Shown in pieces: positions 11,941 through 27,510 of a stretch of DNA of 64,000 nucleotides. The DNA is taken from NCBI GenBank assembly GCA_046563655.1, contig CM102284.1, forward strand, positions 7,502,001-7,566,000, in the 5' to 3' direction. The notes below the pieces were generated by a model. It was not told the origin of the DNA and ran no database searches. It saw only the letters and a list, made by a program, of their open reading frames with translations. The stretch is from Yuukianura sp. NJ FZ-2021. Lineage: Eukaryota. Position numbers and translations under genes: made by a program. Positions within the stretch are counted from its first letter, which is position 1; the number at the start of each line of letters is the position of its first letter.

Positions 11941-12479
11941 ATGCTCACAGCCCATTTCAACCACTCAAGAGTTCTATTACCAAGAAACGTACCAAAAATG
12001 CTTAAACAATGTGAAGTAATTAAAAAAAACAAACAATTAGTTGTTTCAATTAAAGGTCATGTAAAAAAAATTCTAGAGTTTTCGTAGTGTTAATAGGGGA
12101 CGCTATTTGGCTTAGTAGTGGCGCCATCTTTTAATTTTTTTCCCGTATCAGCTCGAATCAGCTGATCTCTGTTTTCATTCACGTTTTATTTTTCATTTTG
12201 TACGTTTGGTTATCCATTTTCGTTCTTAGTATTATGTCTAACCTCCATCCATTCACAACGTCAAGTGTTAATTAAGAACTCATTAAATTAATTAAAACAT
12301 ACGCACAACAAGTTACAAGGAGATTGTTTTCTAGAAGTGTGTTCATCCTTCATCGTAGAAACCGGTTATTGGTAAGTCATTTCTTTTTTAAGGCGATGTA
12401 ATTCTCCATTCAAAATCGTCTTTTTTGAATGAAGATTAATAACAATTGAATGAAGAACTACTAAAATAGGATTATCTCA

Positions 12480-13618
12480 ATGCAGGATATGCCGAGATTT
12501 CGCATATTCCGCCGTAGCGGACGACAAGTTCTGTCTCGGCAAGATGCTCAATCTCCTCCAATCATTCCTCTTGACGACGAAGACTCTGAAGAAGCTTGGC
12601 TGCGAAGGTTTATAGATGATGCAGCGTCTCCGTACCTTGTAGCCGCTGCAAGCGTTAGAGCTTCTGCGGGATCAACCTCATCTACGGGTTCAGACGTTTT
12701 GGTCAACTCCGATACGGATAGTAACGACGGTGATTCAATGACTACAGCTACTGGCACACGTCATCCCGCGGTGTCATATGCTAACGCGCCATTTGAGTGC
12801 CCAATTTGTTTCGATGCAGTTCATCAGGTGACTGACTACATTTAAGAGTTGTTAATCGGTTTGTATTACGAGTTACTATTCCTATGTTTTGTTTTAGGCA
12901 ACCGTCCCGATTTGTGGACACGTCTTCTGCCAGCAGTGTATCAAAACTTGCGTTCGACGCGGGAGCTCCGTTTGTCCAATCTGTCGCGGATCACTGCTAA
13001 TGCTTACTCGTGTCTATGACATTGATAAAGTAATGGATGCTTACTTCGTCTCAGTACAAAATGGCGGAGGGCCCATTTTCGTTACCCCGCGGCCAATCGC
13101 TTTTGGGGATCAGGATCAGGAACGGATTTCCGTTCAAGCTCGCAACTATAGCCTGAAGCAGCGCGTTCGAATCGAATTGGCTAACATTCGCTTGACGTTT
13201 CAATTGAAGGGTTGGATCGACGGGATTCAATTAATCTTCAAACGAATCTTCTTCATCATACGCTTGAATTTTCCAAAGACGCTTGTGATTGGGATTGTTT
13301 GTGGAGCAACGATTGGAATCGTTTTGTGCCATGTCGCTCAACCGCCACAAATCTGTCCGCCTCACGAATGTCACCTGAAAATGACAGCATGGGAACACCT
13401 TGTTGCAGCTATTCGATCTCGTAATTACTAGACTATATGACATCGTTATGATTTCTTAAAAAAGTGTTTTTCTTGTTTCAGTTCTTGGCCTCGTGCCTGT
13501 TCCGGAACCAGCTTTTGAGATTCGCTATCCACAAGTTGTTCAGCCGCAAGTCTTCGATGATGTGTTGGAGTACATTCAAGCAAAGTTGAATGCATTTGGC
13601 AAATTGCTCAATTACTAA
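12480..13618 (+). CDS. RING-HC (C3HC4) E3 ligase with SIM-like motifs and TM segment, paralog B, about 335 aa
   Basis: Exons 12480-12827, 12898-13420, 13482-13618 (or stop at 13431 if the last intron is retained). RING CPIC..Q|ATVPICGHVFCQQC..CPIC. TM LVIGIVCGATIGIVLC. Same intron position in the RING as paralog A. Confidence 0.8.
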
Positions 13619-13737
13619 TGGCCGAAACTACTTGCGTCAAACGTACACTTCGCCTTCATACAAATCAACAAATCGTTCTTCCTTCCGTACAATTAATTGG
13701 AACGTGAGCAATAACTGAAAACTATATATGTATATAT

Positions 13738-14336
13738 TTACTGGTTTAATTGATTAAAATATGTTTTCATCATGTACAAAAAGAGGAGAATAGGAATAGA
13801 AGTAGTGAATCCCAATACGAGGATTGCGACAATAGGGGCCATCGGAGATTGTGCTGAATTGGTGCCATGTGTATTCACATGTTTTCCGCTGTCCATTTCC
13901 GGTTTTGTTGGTGGTAGCGTTAACGACGTTGTCGTGACCTTCCCATTGACTTCTACCTTCTTACCAAGGATTGCCGCCAATGCTTCAGTATTTTCAGTCT
14001 TCTGGAGTACTTTCATTAAGGTACCAAATACTGCCAAACTATTTTTTTCCAAAATGATTTCGTAGAGTTTGATACATCGTTGGCTGTTCGTTGTGCACTT
14101 TTTCTGAAAACGGGTATTTTATTATTTCAGATCAGAGTTCGGTGATGAAGTACCAACAAAAGGAATGTTTTACCTACAATCAACGAAATGTCGTACAAGT
14201 CAATTGCGTCTTCATCTTCAAGATACTGAAGAACTTGGCTGAGATTCTTTGTTGTTTTGGACAAGTTGACTATATTGGCTTCGATGGCGAATCGGCTTTT
14301 CCGGTCCATTGCAGAATCAAATGACCCGGTCCACAT
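13738..14336 (-). CDS. CARD-like death-fold domain, T/P/S-rich linker, C-terminal TM anchor; 165-174 aa
   Basis: Exons 14336 (or 14309)-14178 and 14103-13738; 74-nt phase-0 intron GTAGGT...TTTTCAG. Spliced product MDRKSRFAIEANIVNLSKTTKNLSQVLQYLEDEDAIDLYDISLIKKCTTNSQRCIKLYEIILEKNSLAVFGTLMKVLQKTENTEALAAIL follows the six-helix CARD hydrophobic pattern. Tail PIVAILVLGFTTSIPILLFLYMMK. Confidence 0.7.
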
Positions 14337-15103
14337 TCTGATGAGGTCACTGCTAACTGCGACGAAAGTTTGTACGCGGACTAAAGTCGATTTGTTCCCA
14401 TCCTCCGTAATTTATAATCATTCTATCATTCTTTGCAAAGTTGATACCAGGTGAGATTGATGAGGCGAAGGTGATCAGTTCAAAGTACAAAAACTAAATA
14501 ACTTTTACAAACTGCGATTAGATAGTCGTAAAGTGCAAAAATATCCATTTGTACTGATCGTGACCTGAACGAAGGGTCGATGTTTTTTAGTTTACTTGCA
14601 TATGTCCGTGTCCGCCTCGAATATGCAAGTGATTGATTGGTCAGAACGACAAGTAGACCAGTCTTATGTCATACGCATCAATGTCCAGAAAGCTGCTAAT
14701 TTATGGTTTGCGAATGCATAAGAGCTGCAATCGACGCAAATTAAGTAATTGGTGACGCAAATTGCTATTTTTTAAGTAAACTGGTTTAGTGTGAGAGTTT
14801 AGGTAGTTCCGTCTCACAGAATTTGCTGCTCTTAACCGGAGAAAAGGCGCGAATCTACCCGAATGTTTTCTTCTCGTCATCTCATCCTTCCTGTGTCCTG
14901 TTCGTTTGTCATTGTGTGAATTTAAGTTCGTTTGATCGTAATCGTTAAGTTATTAATTGCGCTAATTAATACTGCGTAGTGTCATCAATTTATGTCATTG
15001 GTTTACCACTACACCGGGTACTCCGCTGCTTCCAGTGCTTTGAAAGGTAAGCATACGATCTTTTAACTCTATGATTTACTATGACTCTATGGTCAGTCTA
15101 TGA

Positions 15104-15810
15104 CATCCGGAATGAAACCGGAATCAGCTACCGATTTTTCAAAAATTTCAGCTACCGATTTCGGTAGCAGATTAAAAATGGCGGATTGGCGGAGCCGAAA
15201 AAAAAAACGTGAATTTTATCGCATGATATTAAAAAATCATTTTTTAAAAAAGAGATTACATGACCGTATTCGAAGGTGAGGCGATGTAAACTGCAGGATA
15301 ACCGTCGTTTTTGGTTGGAAATCTCTCAAAATGTAACTTAAAGCGAAGAAAAATCGGTTTCTGGGTCAAAAAACCCGAGAAAAATAGTCTTCTGGAGTCG
15401 TGAAGTTCTGACGATGAGAACGAACTTTTACGAAAAATCTTTTTCCAAATTCAAAGAACATTAGAAAAATCGGTTACGGAAGTCGAACTCGTCATAGAAA
15501 TCGTCCTCTGGAGGGAGCCGAAACACTGAGAAAATCAATTTCTGGAGACGATTTACTCTTTGAAAAAATCGATGTAGTAGTCGCGAGACCTGGAAATGCA
15601 GCTTTTTAAATGTTTCGCGCCTGTGGCGCGAAAGAAAATCTGGTTTAAGAGTTGTAGAATCACCCGCGCCGTAGGCGCGCAAAATTTTTCGTTTTTGGAG
15701 TAAAAAAAGACTCAATTTTCGAATTTTTCAGCTACCGATTTCGGTAGCTGACAAACCGACAATTTTTAAAGTGCTGCCGAAATCCTATTGTCGGTAGCTG
15801 ATTCCGGATG
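15104..15810. mobile_element. Non-autonomous foldback/MITE-like element with inverted termini and internal hairpins
   Basis: 15118-15134 ccggaatcagctaccga is the perfect reverse complement of 15791-15807; catccggaat 15104-15113 pairs with 15801-15810. Hairpin cagctaccgatttcggtagc at about 15149 and 15729. No TSD identified. Confidence 0.65.
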
Positions 15811-16124
15811 CCTATGGTTTGGTTTTGGTATGATTTACTCGCTCGCATATTTCTTAAATTATGCCTATTTGACAATTAGCTGAAGATAATTGCTAAAAAG
15901 AATTGCTCTTGGGTGCGATCACCAGAATCTGGTGACCAGATCCCTCTGGTCCTTACCTTAAAGTTGCTGGGTGTAGTATTACATTATTGATTACCGGGAC
16001 CGGGAGAAGTTAGTTTTGTTATGAAATCGAAACGGTACGTCTTCGTTTTTCTTTGAAGAAAATTTCAGACAAGGTTATTATTTTTTGTGGCTCAAGTTAA
16101 CAACTATTCAGAGGAGTGTTAACG

Positions 16125-17571
16125 ATGGAATCGAAATTACTGGAAGGTGACAAGGATGAGTGGTTTTATCATTCGCTTGGGAGGTACGTCTTACTACAAT
16201 CGATTTATTAAAAATTTTACATTGAATTGAACTTCATTTAGGGTTTGTGCTGTTTTCAGGTACAGGAATCTGTATATGTTTGAACTAGAATTCCCAGTGG
16301 ATGCGATTGAAGTAATCAACGAAGTCAATTTCTGCATCTCCGGGATTCAAAACTATTCCAAGAAATGCGAAATTCTCCAGTTGTCGATTCCACCAAAGCT
16401 ATTGCCGAAGGACGTGGAGGAAGGACTTTGTAAGGACAGAGATTTTACGATCATCAGTGGAGGATACACATCGGCCAGAATCCTTCAGGTTCATTTTCTC
16501 ATTCACCGATAATAACTAACTCTAAGCGATTAAGCCTATTCTGTTTCTTTCACAGATAAAACCAATTCCGGCAGTGGACAATTTGGTGGCCACAACACAA
16601 ATCGGTGTCAATGGAGTGACCCTGTTCCAACTAGGGGACGATGAACATGGTGAGAGCTGTTTATAGGTTCAATTTTAATCGTAATACCTTCGTTGAAGTC
16701 TCAATTTCAATTTGATGTTCAATTAGCTCTGGTAAAGGAAAAATCTACCCTGGATCTTCCTGAATCTCTTGGAGCTGGTGTCATTGACGGATATGAAAAC
16801 CGTTTAATTGCCACCGGTACTATTGGCGACACTCTCTACGAATGGATAATGGACACATCCGGAAACTTCTGTCTTTTCCCTCACAAGCTCCCTAAAAGCA
16901 ACGGCAGAATTACAAAAGTTAAATACTGTGATTCCTCCACGGTATCTTTCTGTACAGAATCCGGAACTGTGGCGTTATACGACACTCGAAGTGACAAGTT
17001 TATCCTGGAACTCAAGGCTACCAAAGCTGCCGAACTACTTCCTGGGATTCAGTATTCTTACGATACCATCGCTGCAAAGCAAATGATCGGCATAGTCGAT
17101 TCCTGTGGAGGCTACGAAAGTTACGACATTCGCAACATGACATCGTCCGTCCTGTGCCCTCGAGTCAATTTACCATGGTACTCCAGCAGTGATGGCATTT
17201 TGACTCAGAAGTTCAACATTCAGTATGATCCACAAGGTTGCTCAGGGGGTCCTTCCAATTTCATCGTCACTGGAATGAAGGAAGATTCAGTTCACATTTA
17301 CAGTGACACTGGAACGGAAGTTATTCCGCTGTTTACCCATGATGGTCATGCCAAGGTTGTCACTCACGCTCTTTGGCATCCGACCAGTGACAGGCTGATC
17401 CTGTCTTGTTCACTTGATGCTGTTTTGCATGCTTGGCAATATGAAATGCCTGACCCATGTCCAGATGAAGTGGGGAAAGTTACTGACGACGACTTACCGA
17501 AAACAGAAAATTCCAATAACACAGAGGAAGATGAGAAGATGACAGGAGCACCGCTGTTACGGAGTAGCTGA
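16125..17571 (+). CDS. WDR73: WD repeat protein 73, about 408 aa
   Basis: Exons 16125-16183, 16260-16488, 16556-16649, 16727-17571. DEWFYHSL, EILQLSIPPKL..GLCKDRDF..GG and LFTHDGH..VTHALWHP..LILSCSLDAVLHAW match remembered WDR73 motifs. Confidence 0.85.
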
Positions 17572-17886
17572 AAAACAAAATGTTTACTATGTTGCTATAA
17601 TGCGATGCTAATAAAACAGCTTAAGAAAACCACTTGTGATTAGCGGAGTGTTGTGGGTGGGTCGAATGATAAGAACTGGAGGTTGTGAAATACCCGAATG
17701 ACAAGAGATTAGCTAATGTGGTCACGTCATGTCAACTAAATGCTAATTTTTTAGACACTGATACAACAACTTAGTTTAGTTTATTTCCTGGAGTCTTCAA
17801 CCTGTTTGCTAACATTGCAGTTGTTTTTAGTCCAGTAATGCCATTGTGTTTTTATTTTGCAGGTTACTGAATTTTGAAAAGCCAAG

Positions 17887-20595
17887 ATGATGTCGCAAAT
17901 TTTTCGCTGGACAGCGCGTCACCACTGTCACCTCAAATCTAGTCGGTTTCTAACAACATGGTCTCCACTTGCAACTGCGTTCAATACGAAGCCACTCAAA
18001 AAAATGACGTTCAAAGGAAAGGTAATTTCTTTCTAATTTTTCTCCAGATCATTCAGGGTATCAGGGTTTGAATTCTTCTAACTTCGGTGTGTTGTTTTTT
18101 ATTATCATAGGCCGGCCTATTTGGAATTCCAGAACTAAAGGAAGCCAGTGGATTCGGCTTGCTCAAAGAAAATGCTATAATTGACTGTGAAATGTTAGTG
18201 GAGGAGTGCATGTCACCAAGCAGAGGGAGACGAATGGTCGAAGTTTTTGACAACCTGTCGAATACACTTTGTAAAGTGGCGGATATGGCTGAATTTGTGA
18301 GAGTGGCTCATCCTGATCACAGATTTGCTGAAGCCGCTGAAGATGCTTGTCTTTCCATAAGTCGTCTAGTTGAAAAGTGAGTAAAACTCAACTTTTGTGT
18401 TTTAGCGCAGAATTACATGATTAACTTTTTACAGATTGAATACAAATCGGGACCTCTATTTAGCTCTAAAGAATATCACGGGACACAACGATACTTTTGA
18501 GACTGATGCTGTTGATGAGCACGTTACAAATCTGTTTCTGTTTGACTTCGAGCAAAGTGGAATCCACTTGGACAGTCAAAAACGTTCAGAAGTTGTTCAG
18601 CTGAATGAACTGATTCTATACACGGGTCAACAGTTTAGTGCAAATTCCACACGACATGTTGCTGTTGAAAGGGATTCCTTGCCTCCTGGCGTCAGAAATT
18701 TGTAAACACACAGTACTAAAAATTCTGTTTATTTGGCTGGAAAATGTTTAACTGTTTTGTTTTTGTTTAGTTTTCCGCAAGACGGGAATAATCTTATCAT
18801 CACTGGCCTGTTCTCAGACGCATATTCGGAGAAAGCCAGAGAAACTGCTTACAAAGTGTACTTGAGACCGAATCCTCGTCAAGACGAACTGTTGGTGACC
18901 TTGCTGTCAGCTCGAAATCAATTAGCAGAAGTTTGTGGATTTCCATCTTATGCACACCGGTTAGTTTTATTAAATAATTCCCTTTATCGCAAGATCCTGA
19001 ATTTGTGAAGTTCGAAGTCTCGTTTGATTGCCTTTTTTAGAGCTCTTCAAGGAAGCTTAGCAGAATCTCCGACACTTGTAGCCAAATTCCTGGAAGATCT
19101 GGCTGATCTGCTTCTGCGACGTGCTGAAACCGATTTTTCGTTGATGACACGCATGAAGGGAAGTCTGGTTAACGTTTGGGATCCACCATTTTACATGACC
19201 GAAGCGAAGCGAACGCTGCTCCATGTGGATCGTTCTGATTTCATGCCGTATTTCTCTGTTGGAGCTTGCATGGAAGGACTGAATCTCTTGTGTCAAACTC
19301 TGTTCAATATTCAATTAGTCAATGAGGAAATGGAGCCTGGGGAAGTGTGGGACAGTGACGTTAGCAAAGTTTCAGGTAAATTCATTTTCATTTCATTTTG
19401 AAAAACTTAAAAAAACAACTTTCGTTTCTAGTTTTTTGAAATTTTTGAACAGTTGTACACGCCAAGGAAGGAAAACTAGGACATATTTACTGCGACTTTT
19501 ACGAACGTGAAGGTAAACCGCATCAAGACTGTCATTTTACGATTCAGGGTGGAAAGCGACTTGAAGATGGAACTTATCAAGTAAGTAATTAGTTTCTAAC
19601 TTTGAATAATTATTTGATAAACGGGAAATGTAACGATTTTCGTTTGTTTTTAGAATCCAGTGGTTGTGTTAATGCTGAATTTTCCCAGGATGTCTGGAAA
19701 TACTCCGTCACTCCTGACACCGTCAATGGTTGATAACTTATTTCATGAAATGGGCCACGCTCTGCATTCAATGATGGCTCGAACAAAGTATCAACATGTC
19801 ACTGGCACGAGATGCACAACAGACTTTGCCGAAGTTCCGTCAATTCTCATGGAGTACTTTGCATCAGATCCTCGCGTTCTGGCAACATTTGCACGTCATT
19901 ACCAAACTGGAGAAATTATGCCGGAGAAACTGCGACAAAAATATTCAGTGGCTAAACATGTCTTTGCTTCCTCGGACATGCAAATGCAAAATTTTTATGC
20001 TGCTTTGGATCAAACATTGCACACGGAACGATTTCCACTGGAGAAACCAACGATTCAGATTCTAGAGGAAGTGCACACGAAGTTCTATGGGCTGCCTTAT
20101 GTCCCACAAACGGTAAAACCGCTTCTATGAAAATGAATTTTTATAAAAATGAACGAGGCTTGGAAGTTTTTCTTGAAAAAGGAGACGTTATTGATGTTTT
20201 CATTTTGATTTTCAGGCTTGGCATCTCCGATTCGGGCATTTGGTGGGTTACGGTGCCAAGTACTATTCGTATCTCATGTCACGTGCCGTAGCTTCTTGGA
20301 TTTGGCAAGAATGTAAGTTTTTACTTAAAAAAAAACTTGGAACTAGCAGTATTTATTTCGTACTCTTTTGCATCTGAACTTTGTGCATTTAGACTTTGTG
20401 GAGGATCCACTGAATTCTTCAAGTGGTGACAAGTACAGGCAAGGTGTACTGGCTCACGGCGGCGGTGTTCCAGCAAAACGACTTGTGTCCAGTTTCTTAG
20501 GCAAAGCAATAACGTCAGACAATTTGACACAAGCGCTCATACGAGATTTGGACTCGACTCAGAAAAGACTGGACAAGTTTTTGGAGACGCAGTAG
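17887..20595 (+). CDS. MIPEP: Mitochondrial intermediate peptidase (M3 metallopeptidase), multi-exon
   Basis: Basic presequence then [35 protein letters not shown] zinc motif; [39 protein letters not shown]. Confidence 0.95.
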
Positions 20596-21039
20596 CAAAA
20601 GTACAACCTAAAGCCTAGTTGGTCAAAGTAATTAGTTCATACCTCTCGTTTTCTAATATCCCGAGTACTTTTCGAAATTAAAGTAACATTGTATTTACAT
20701 TTATATACATTTATATAGACTGGACAGTAGATTTGTGAATTTGGAATGTTAGCAATTTTTTAAAACAGGATCCTGGAACTTTTTCTGGATTGAATACAAC
20801 CCAAAAACCATTTAATTTGTTGTTTTTGTGGGCTTTTGAACTCATTCGTGAAGTTTTTCGGTGAATTATAATTCTACCGAATTATAATTCGGTGAATTAT
20901 AGTCAATTTTTAGATTTAGTATTTAGGGTTCAAGAGGTTAAACTACTTCTACAGTTTACGTTAAATTAAAAATGACGAGGAAATTGTAATTTAGAAAGAT
21001 CTTGCACGCCACGTAAAAAATAAAAAAAATTCAGATATG

Positions 21040-22430
21040 AGAACTCCATATGAAATATTTAGACTAGATTATTTTAAATTTTAAATGGCGTTCAGGAAAA
21101 CAAAGAAAAATATGTTTTTTTTTCCGACAACTTTTTTAAAAATTCAATTTTACAGCAATTTCTGTCGCTCTCCCTGGAAGACTCACTTCAGGGCTCGATA
21201 CTGCGTGACACTGTCGACACACAGTCTCGTTTTGCAATTCGCAAAAAAAATTATGCACACAACGGATCTTCACATTTTGCAAAAGGAAGAATTGGAATTT
21301 TTGAGGAAATCATGGATTTTTCGGAAAATCTCGATTTCGGTTTTTGGACTAAAAATATTCTTTGGATCATTGTGAATTTATTCGCGAAGGAATTGGTAAT
21401 TTATTGCATTCCTTTCTAGAGATATGAATTTTGAAAGTTTTCGAAATTTTAGAAATGAATTTTCCATTGTGAAGAAGGTAAAGGCGGTTGGAGATCACTT
21501 TCGCAGTCTGTTTTTCTTAGTCGATTTTTTCACATGGACATGCTCCATGATAACCGCCAAAATGACCTATACAAAAGTTGTTCCACTTGAAAAGATGTTA
21601 TCTCTGAGGTGTTATCTCAAGGTGAAGGTACGTCTCCTGGATTCTGGGTTTTAAAAAACCTAACTTATAGCCTCAGGGAGTCGTCCCAGGGTCATAGGTC
21701 ATAGGACAGAAAATGATCTACTAATTGAGCTGAACAACTTTTGTAGAAGTCATTTTTTTGATTGTCAGGACATTCTTAGTTGACCTTGACCTTTGACCCG
21801 AAGAAAGGGTCACAGAAAAAATGGTCTTAAAGAAAGTTGTAGCGTTTGAGGAGGGGAACAACTTTTGTAGGGACCATTTTGTCGGTTGTCAGGTAACGCC
21901 CCTTTTGACCTTGACCTGTGACCTCAAGGAAAGGTCGCAGAGAAAAATGGTACTAGGAAAAGTTGCTTATCTTTTCAAGTGGAACAACTTTTGTATAGGT
22001 CATTTTGGCGGTTATCATGGGGTATATCCATGTGAAAAAAACGACTAAGAAAAACAGACTGCGAAAGTGATCTCCAACCGGTAAAGGCTCCTCGAAAAAC
22101 TGACCGGAGCTATGCGGATATTACGCGAAACAGAAAGGTTCCTTTCCCTCCTCCACTTTTTTTTCCGCTGGCGGCCTCCCCATACAAAAATCCCAAAAGC
22201 AGAGAAGGGCTACCTGCCTCGTTGCTTCGTATGATCCCCTGTCAACTTTTCTGTTCTCCCAAAGGCCTCGCGTGTAAAAGACTCTTCAAAAACTTTAGCA
22301 TTCCCTTCCCATTTTAAAAAACTCTAAAAATTTCAAGCTTGCAGCCATTTCTGTTATTCCATCGCTGGACTCAACGTGCAAAACACCGTTTCGCATAATT
22401 CAAGTGCAATTTTTTTTTTTGCAAAAATCG
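21040..22430 (+). repeat. Dispersed host repeat, copy 1 (interrupted by the MITE)
   Basis: Shares tttattcgcgaaggaatt, ggctcctcgaaaaa, ctatgcggatatta, aaaagactcttcaaaaacttt and ccatcgctggactcaacgtgcaaaac with 34244-34660. Boundaries approximate. Confidence 0.75.
21486..22079. mobile_element. Mutator-like MITE, about 111-bp TIRs, 9-bp TSD
   Basis: TIRs 21486-21596 and 21969-22079 (GGTTGGAGATCACTTTCGCAG...) with few mismatches; direct repeat GGTAAAGGC at 21477-21485 and 22080-22088. Confidence 0.9.
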
Positions 22431-22566
22431 TACCGTACTTTACGTTACTTTTACGTTTTTTTTAGAGCGTTCGGATTAAGATTATACACATAATACCGTT
22501 TCAATTTTATTTCTTCAGCAGAACAATACTACGAGACTACGACCATTCAACAGCGTTCAGTTGACT

Positions 22567-23617
22567 TTATTGTGCACTGGAAGGCATGACCTGGACAAGT
22601 CCAATGTGTTCTCGAATGAACCCTCCAACTTCGCTGAAGACGCTGATTCCATTTTGGCCAGGCTTCATCCACGACGCTTGACGAAAGGCGTTATCACGAA
22701 CTGCCAATAGAATGGAAAAGGCTACTACGATACTTTTGACAACCAGGACGAGCGTTTGGTTATCCAAAGTAGGTTGACTCTGGGCTTGGGCAATCCCGAT
22801 AATGTTGTCAGCAGCGACATTGAGAAGGTGTGTAGCATCCGATATCATTTTTCGAGTTTCTGGAACAAAAATTGCTTTGATTTTTTAAGGGAAATATGGA
22901 GGATAATGCAAAGTATTTGCTGGAGTTACCTCCAACCGATGCTAGTTCTGTTTCCAGTGCTACCCGAACGTTGAGTAAATTTGATGTCTGACCATCAGCT
23001 TCCGAAGCAACTTGAAGTTTCATCTTCGTCGGGCGTTGACAACTGGGACAAACCAAACTGCCACTGGTCGGTTGTCCTTGCAGATTGACACGAACTTTGA
23101 TACTTTTGTTGCCATTTCCGGTTGGATTTTCCGCAGGGTCAGTGCTCACTCTAGCAGCAATTGCTGCAGGGATGGCAGCTGAGCAATAAGGACATGTCAA
23201 TGTCGCTGGCTGGTTCAGAGTGCATCCAGGTCTTGTGCCATTAGCTGTAGGATTGTCGCTGGACTGACGTCGACGACTGAAATCGCTGCTCAATGCAGTA
23301 TGAATCAAATTGACGTGGGCGTAGAAGTCGGCCTTGAGACGTTCAAAATGAGTATCTCCAGATGGAATCATTGCAAATGGGTTGATATTATTTTGTCCAA
23401 GGAGCAGCATGTTTTCAGCCAACATAACCAGCAGCGCTGCCAGTGCAAATACTTCACTCTCCAGCGGATCTCCTTTAGGATTCAAGCGATCGATTACCAA
23501 GCGTCGGGCGGTTTCAAGGTCTTGAATCACATCGACAATGTCCGTCTCCGTTCCAATTCCAACATGGCAGCCGCATCCCGGGCCATGTTGCTGGTGTCCA
23601 TCCATTGTACTCGTCAT
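22567..23617 (-). CDS. Uncharacterised protein, about 326 aa, with two CxxC motifs (possible zinc ribbon)
   Basis: Exons 23617-22930 and 22859-22567 joined by a phase-1 GTAACT...CAG intron; CPYC and CPSC motifs between helical segments. Confidence 0.7.
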
Positions 23618-24081
23618 GTCTAAAATCAAAAACAAAGTACTAAATTAACTTGTAGGAATTAATTCAGAAACATAACTTACTAGAATTTAGAAATTTAGAA
23701 TCCGTCAATCCCTGCTGCGCGCTACGTCCTCTCCGTCGCAGCAGCACTACTGTTTCTGAAAAGAATAACATTCTAAAACCGGAAACGTGAAACAAACATG
23801 CGTTTTTGCCTATCTCCATGCTAACTTACAATCAGGAAATCGCTGCAAGTTAAGGAAAGTTAGTTTTATTAACTAACTTATTAACTTTTTAGTTAAGTTC
23901 GTCCCAGAAGAAACGAACTACACTGCTAAACCTAACGTTGCATGGATCTCTTGCATTTTGTGTAAAGCTTTTTAACTTACAACCCAAACTTACGCAGTCC
24001 ACGTCGCAGAAATAACTTAGGTAACATTGTTTTTACTATAAATTATAGTTGTTATCGGACAGACTAATTTTGATGTAGATT

Positions 24082-27510
<3,429 letters not shown>

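Noticed and set aside
1-14500. Run of orphan genes as an endogenous viral or horizontally acquired block
   Set aside because: All models have host-type short spliceosomal introns and no viral hallmark genes were seen.
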